This document shows positions 63,430 to 63,965 of a DNA stretch of 63,965 nt, one piece after another (the stretch's first letter is position 1; every line of letters starts with the position of its first letter). The position numbers and the translations under genes are program-made. The notes under the pieces are model-generated. The model made no database searches. It was not told where the DNA came from and was given only the letters and a program-made list of their open reading frames with translations. This DNA is from Carcharhinus longimanus (lineage: Eukaryota). The stretch spans positions 75,747,852-75,811,816 of the forward strand of contig JASCQW010000099.1 of the NCBI GenBank assembly GCA_030264375.1. The letters run 5' to 3'.

Positions 63430-63846
63430 GGCAAAGAGATGCTGGTTATGATTGGAAGTGGTGGCACGGGTGGGGAGATTTGCTGGAGTTGATCGGCTTG
63501 TGGAGAAATGCTATTAATGATGGAGGTGCGGGGGAAGTTGGTGCTGGTGTTGATCAGGTAGGGAGGGGCATGGATCCCCTGAGACCTCTGTGGTGAGGTG
63601 GGAGGGTGGGAGGCAGGTTATCTTTTGTTCTGATTGTGGTGCCCTTTAAAAAAAGAATTCCAATCTCAGTGCAACCAGCTTTACTGGCATATTTGGGCCC
63701 TGCCCTTCAAAATCACGTGGTAAAACATGCCCCTTGCTTTTTCTTGACAAAATGTTTTAAGATCTGGAGAGAAGACCAACCTGTTTCTCCAGAGGGAAAC
63801 ATACCGGTTTTCTGTCAAACTGCCATTTTTTGGTAAGATTCCACCC
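63430..63846. mobile_element. Harbinger-type element, right part
   Basis: Ends GGTAAGATTCCACCC, matching the TIR family. Confidence 0.45.
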
Positions 63847-63965
63847 ATAATAAATCTCCCAGTCCTCATCCCCAATTTTTCCAGCTCCTCACTTCCTTCC
63901 TCAATTGCAATCCAATCCTTCCAATTACTGGCAATTCTTTCACTCTTAAACACTGCCAGCCTCTG

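Noticed and set aside
63015-63596. ORFs spanning N gaps (also 31241, 40680, 54644)
   Set aside because: Artefacts of translating through Ns.

Overview
Eukaryotic, repeat-rich vertebrate DNA. The SINE/LINE repertoire (HE1/V-core SINEs, Deu-core SINEs, CR1, L2, Rex1/Babar, Penelope, Harbinger-type MITEs) points to a shark or other elasmobranch; this is inference. The window lies inside the SDCCAG8 gene on the + strand. Two coding exons are recognisable (30851-30993, 143 bp; 52253-52380, 128 bp), with canonical splice sites and compatible phases. Everything else is intron filled with decayed transposable elements and seven assembly gaps, and nearly all listed ORFs are spurious or TE remnants. 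I found no evidence of a new multi-gene system. The most notable structures are: an 860-bp fold-back with ~95%-identical ~240-bp arms; a decayed minimal hammerhead ribozyme in a Penelope terminus; V-SINEs with the same core but two different 3' tails; a TGACAG-rich array; a solo LTR with an intact TSD; an LF-SINE-like remnant; and several repeat-free blocks that may be conserved enhancers. TE family names come from recalled consensus motifs, not database searches, and TE boundaries are approximate unless a TSD or TIR is quoted.
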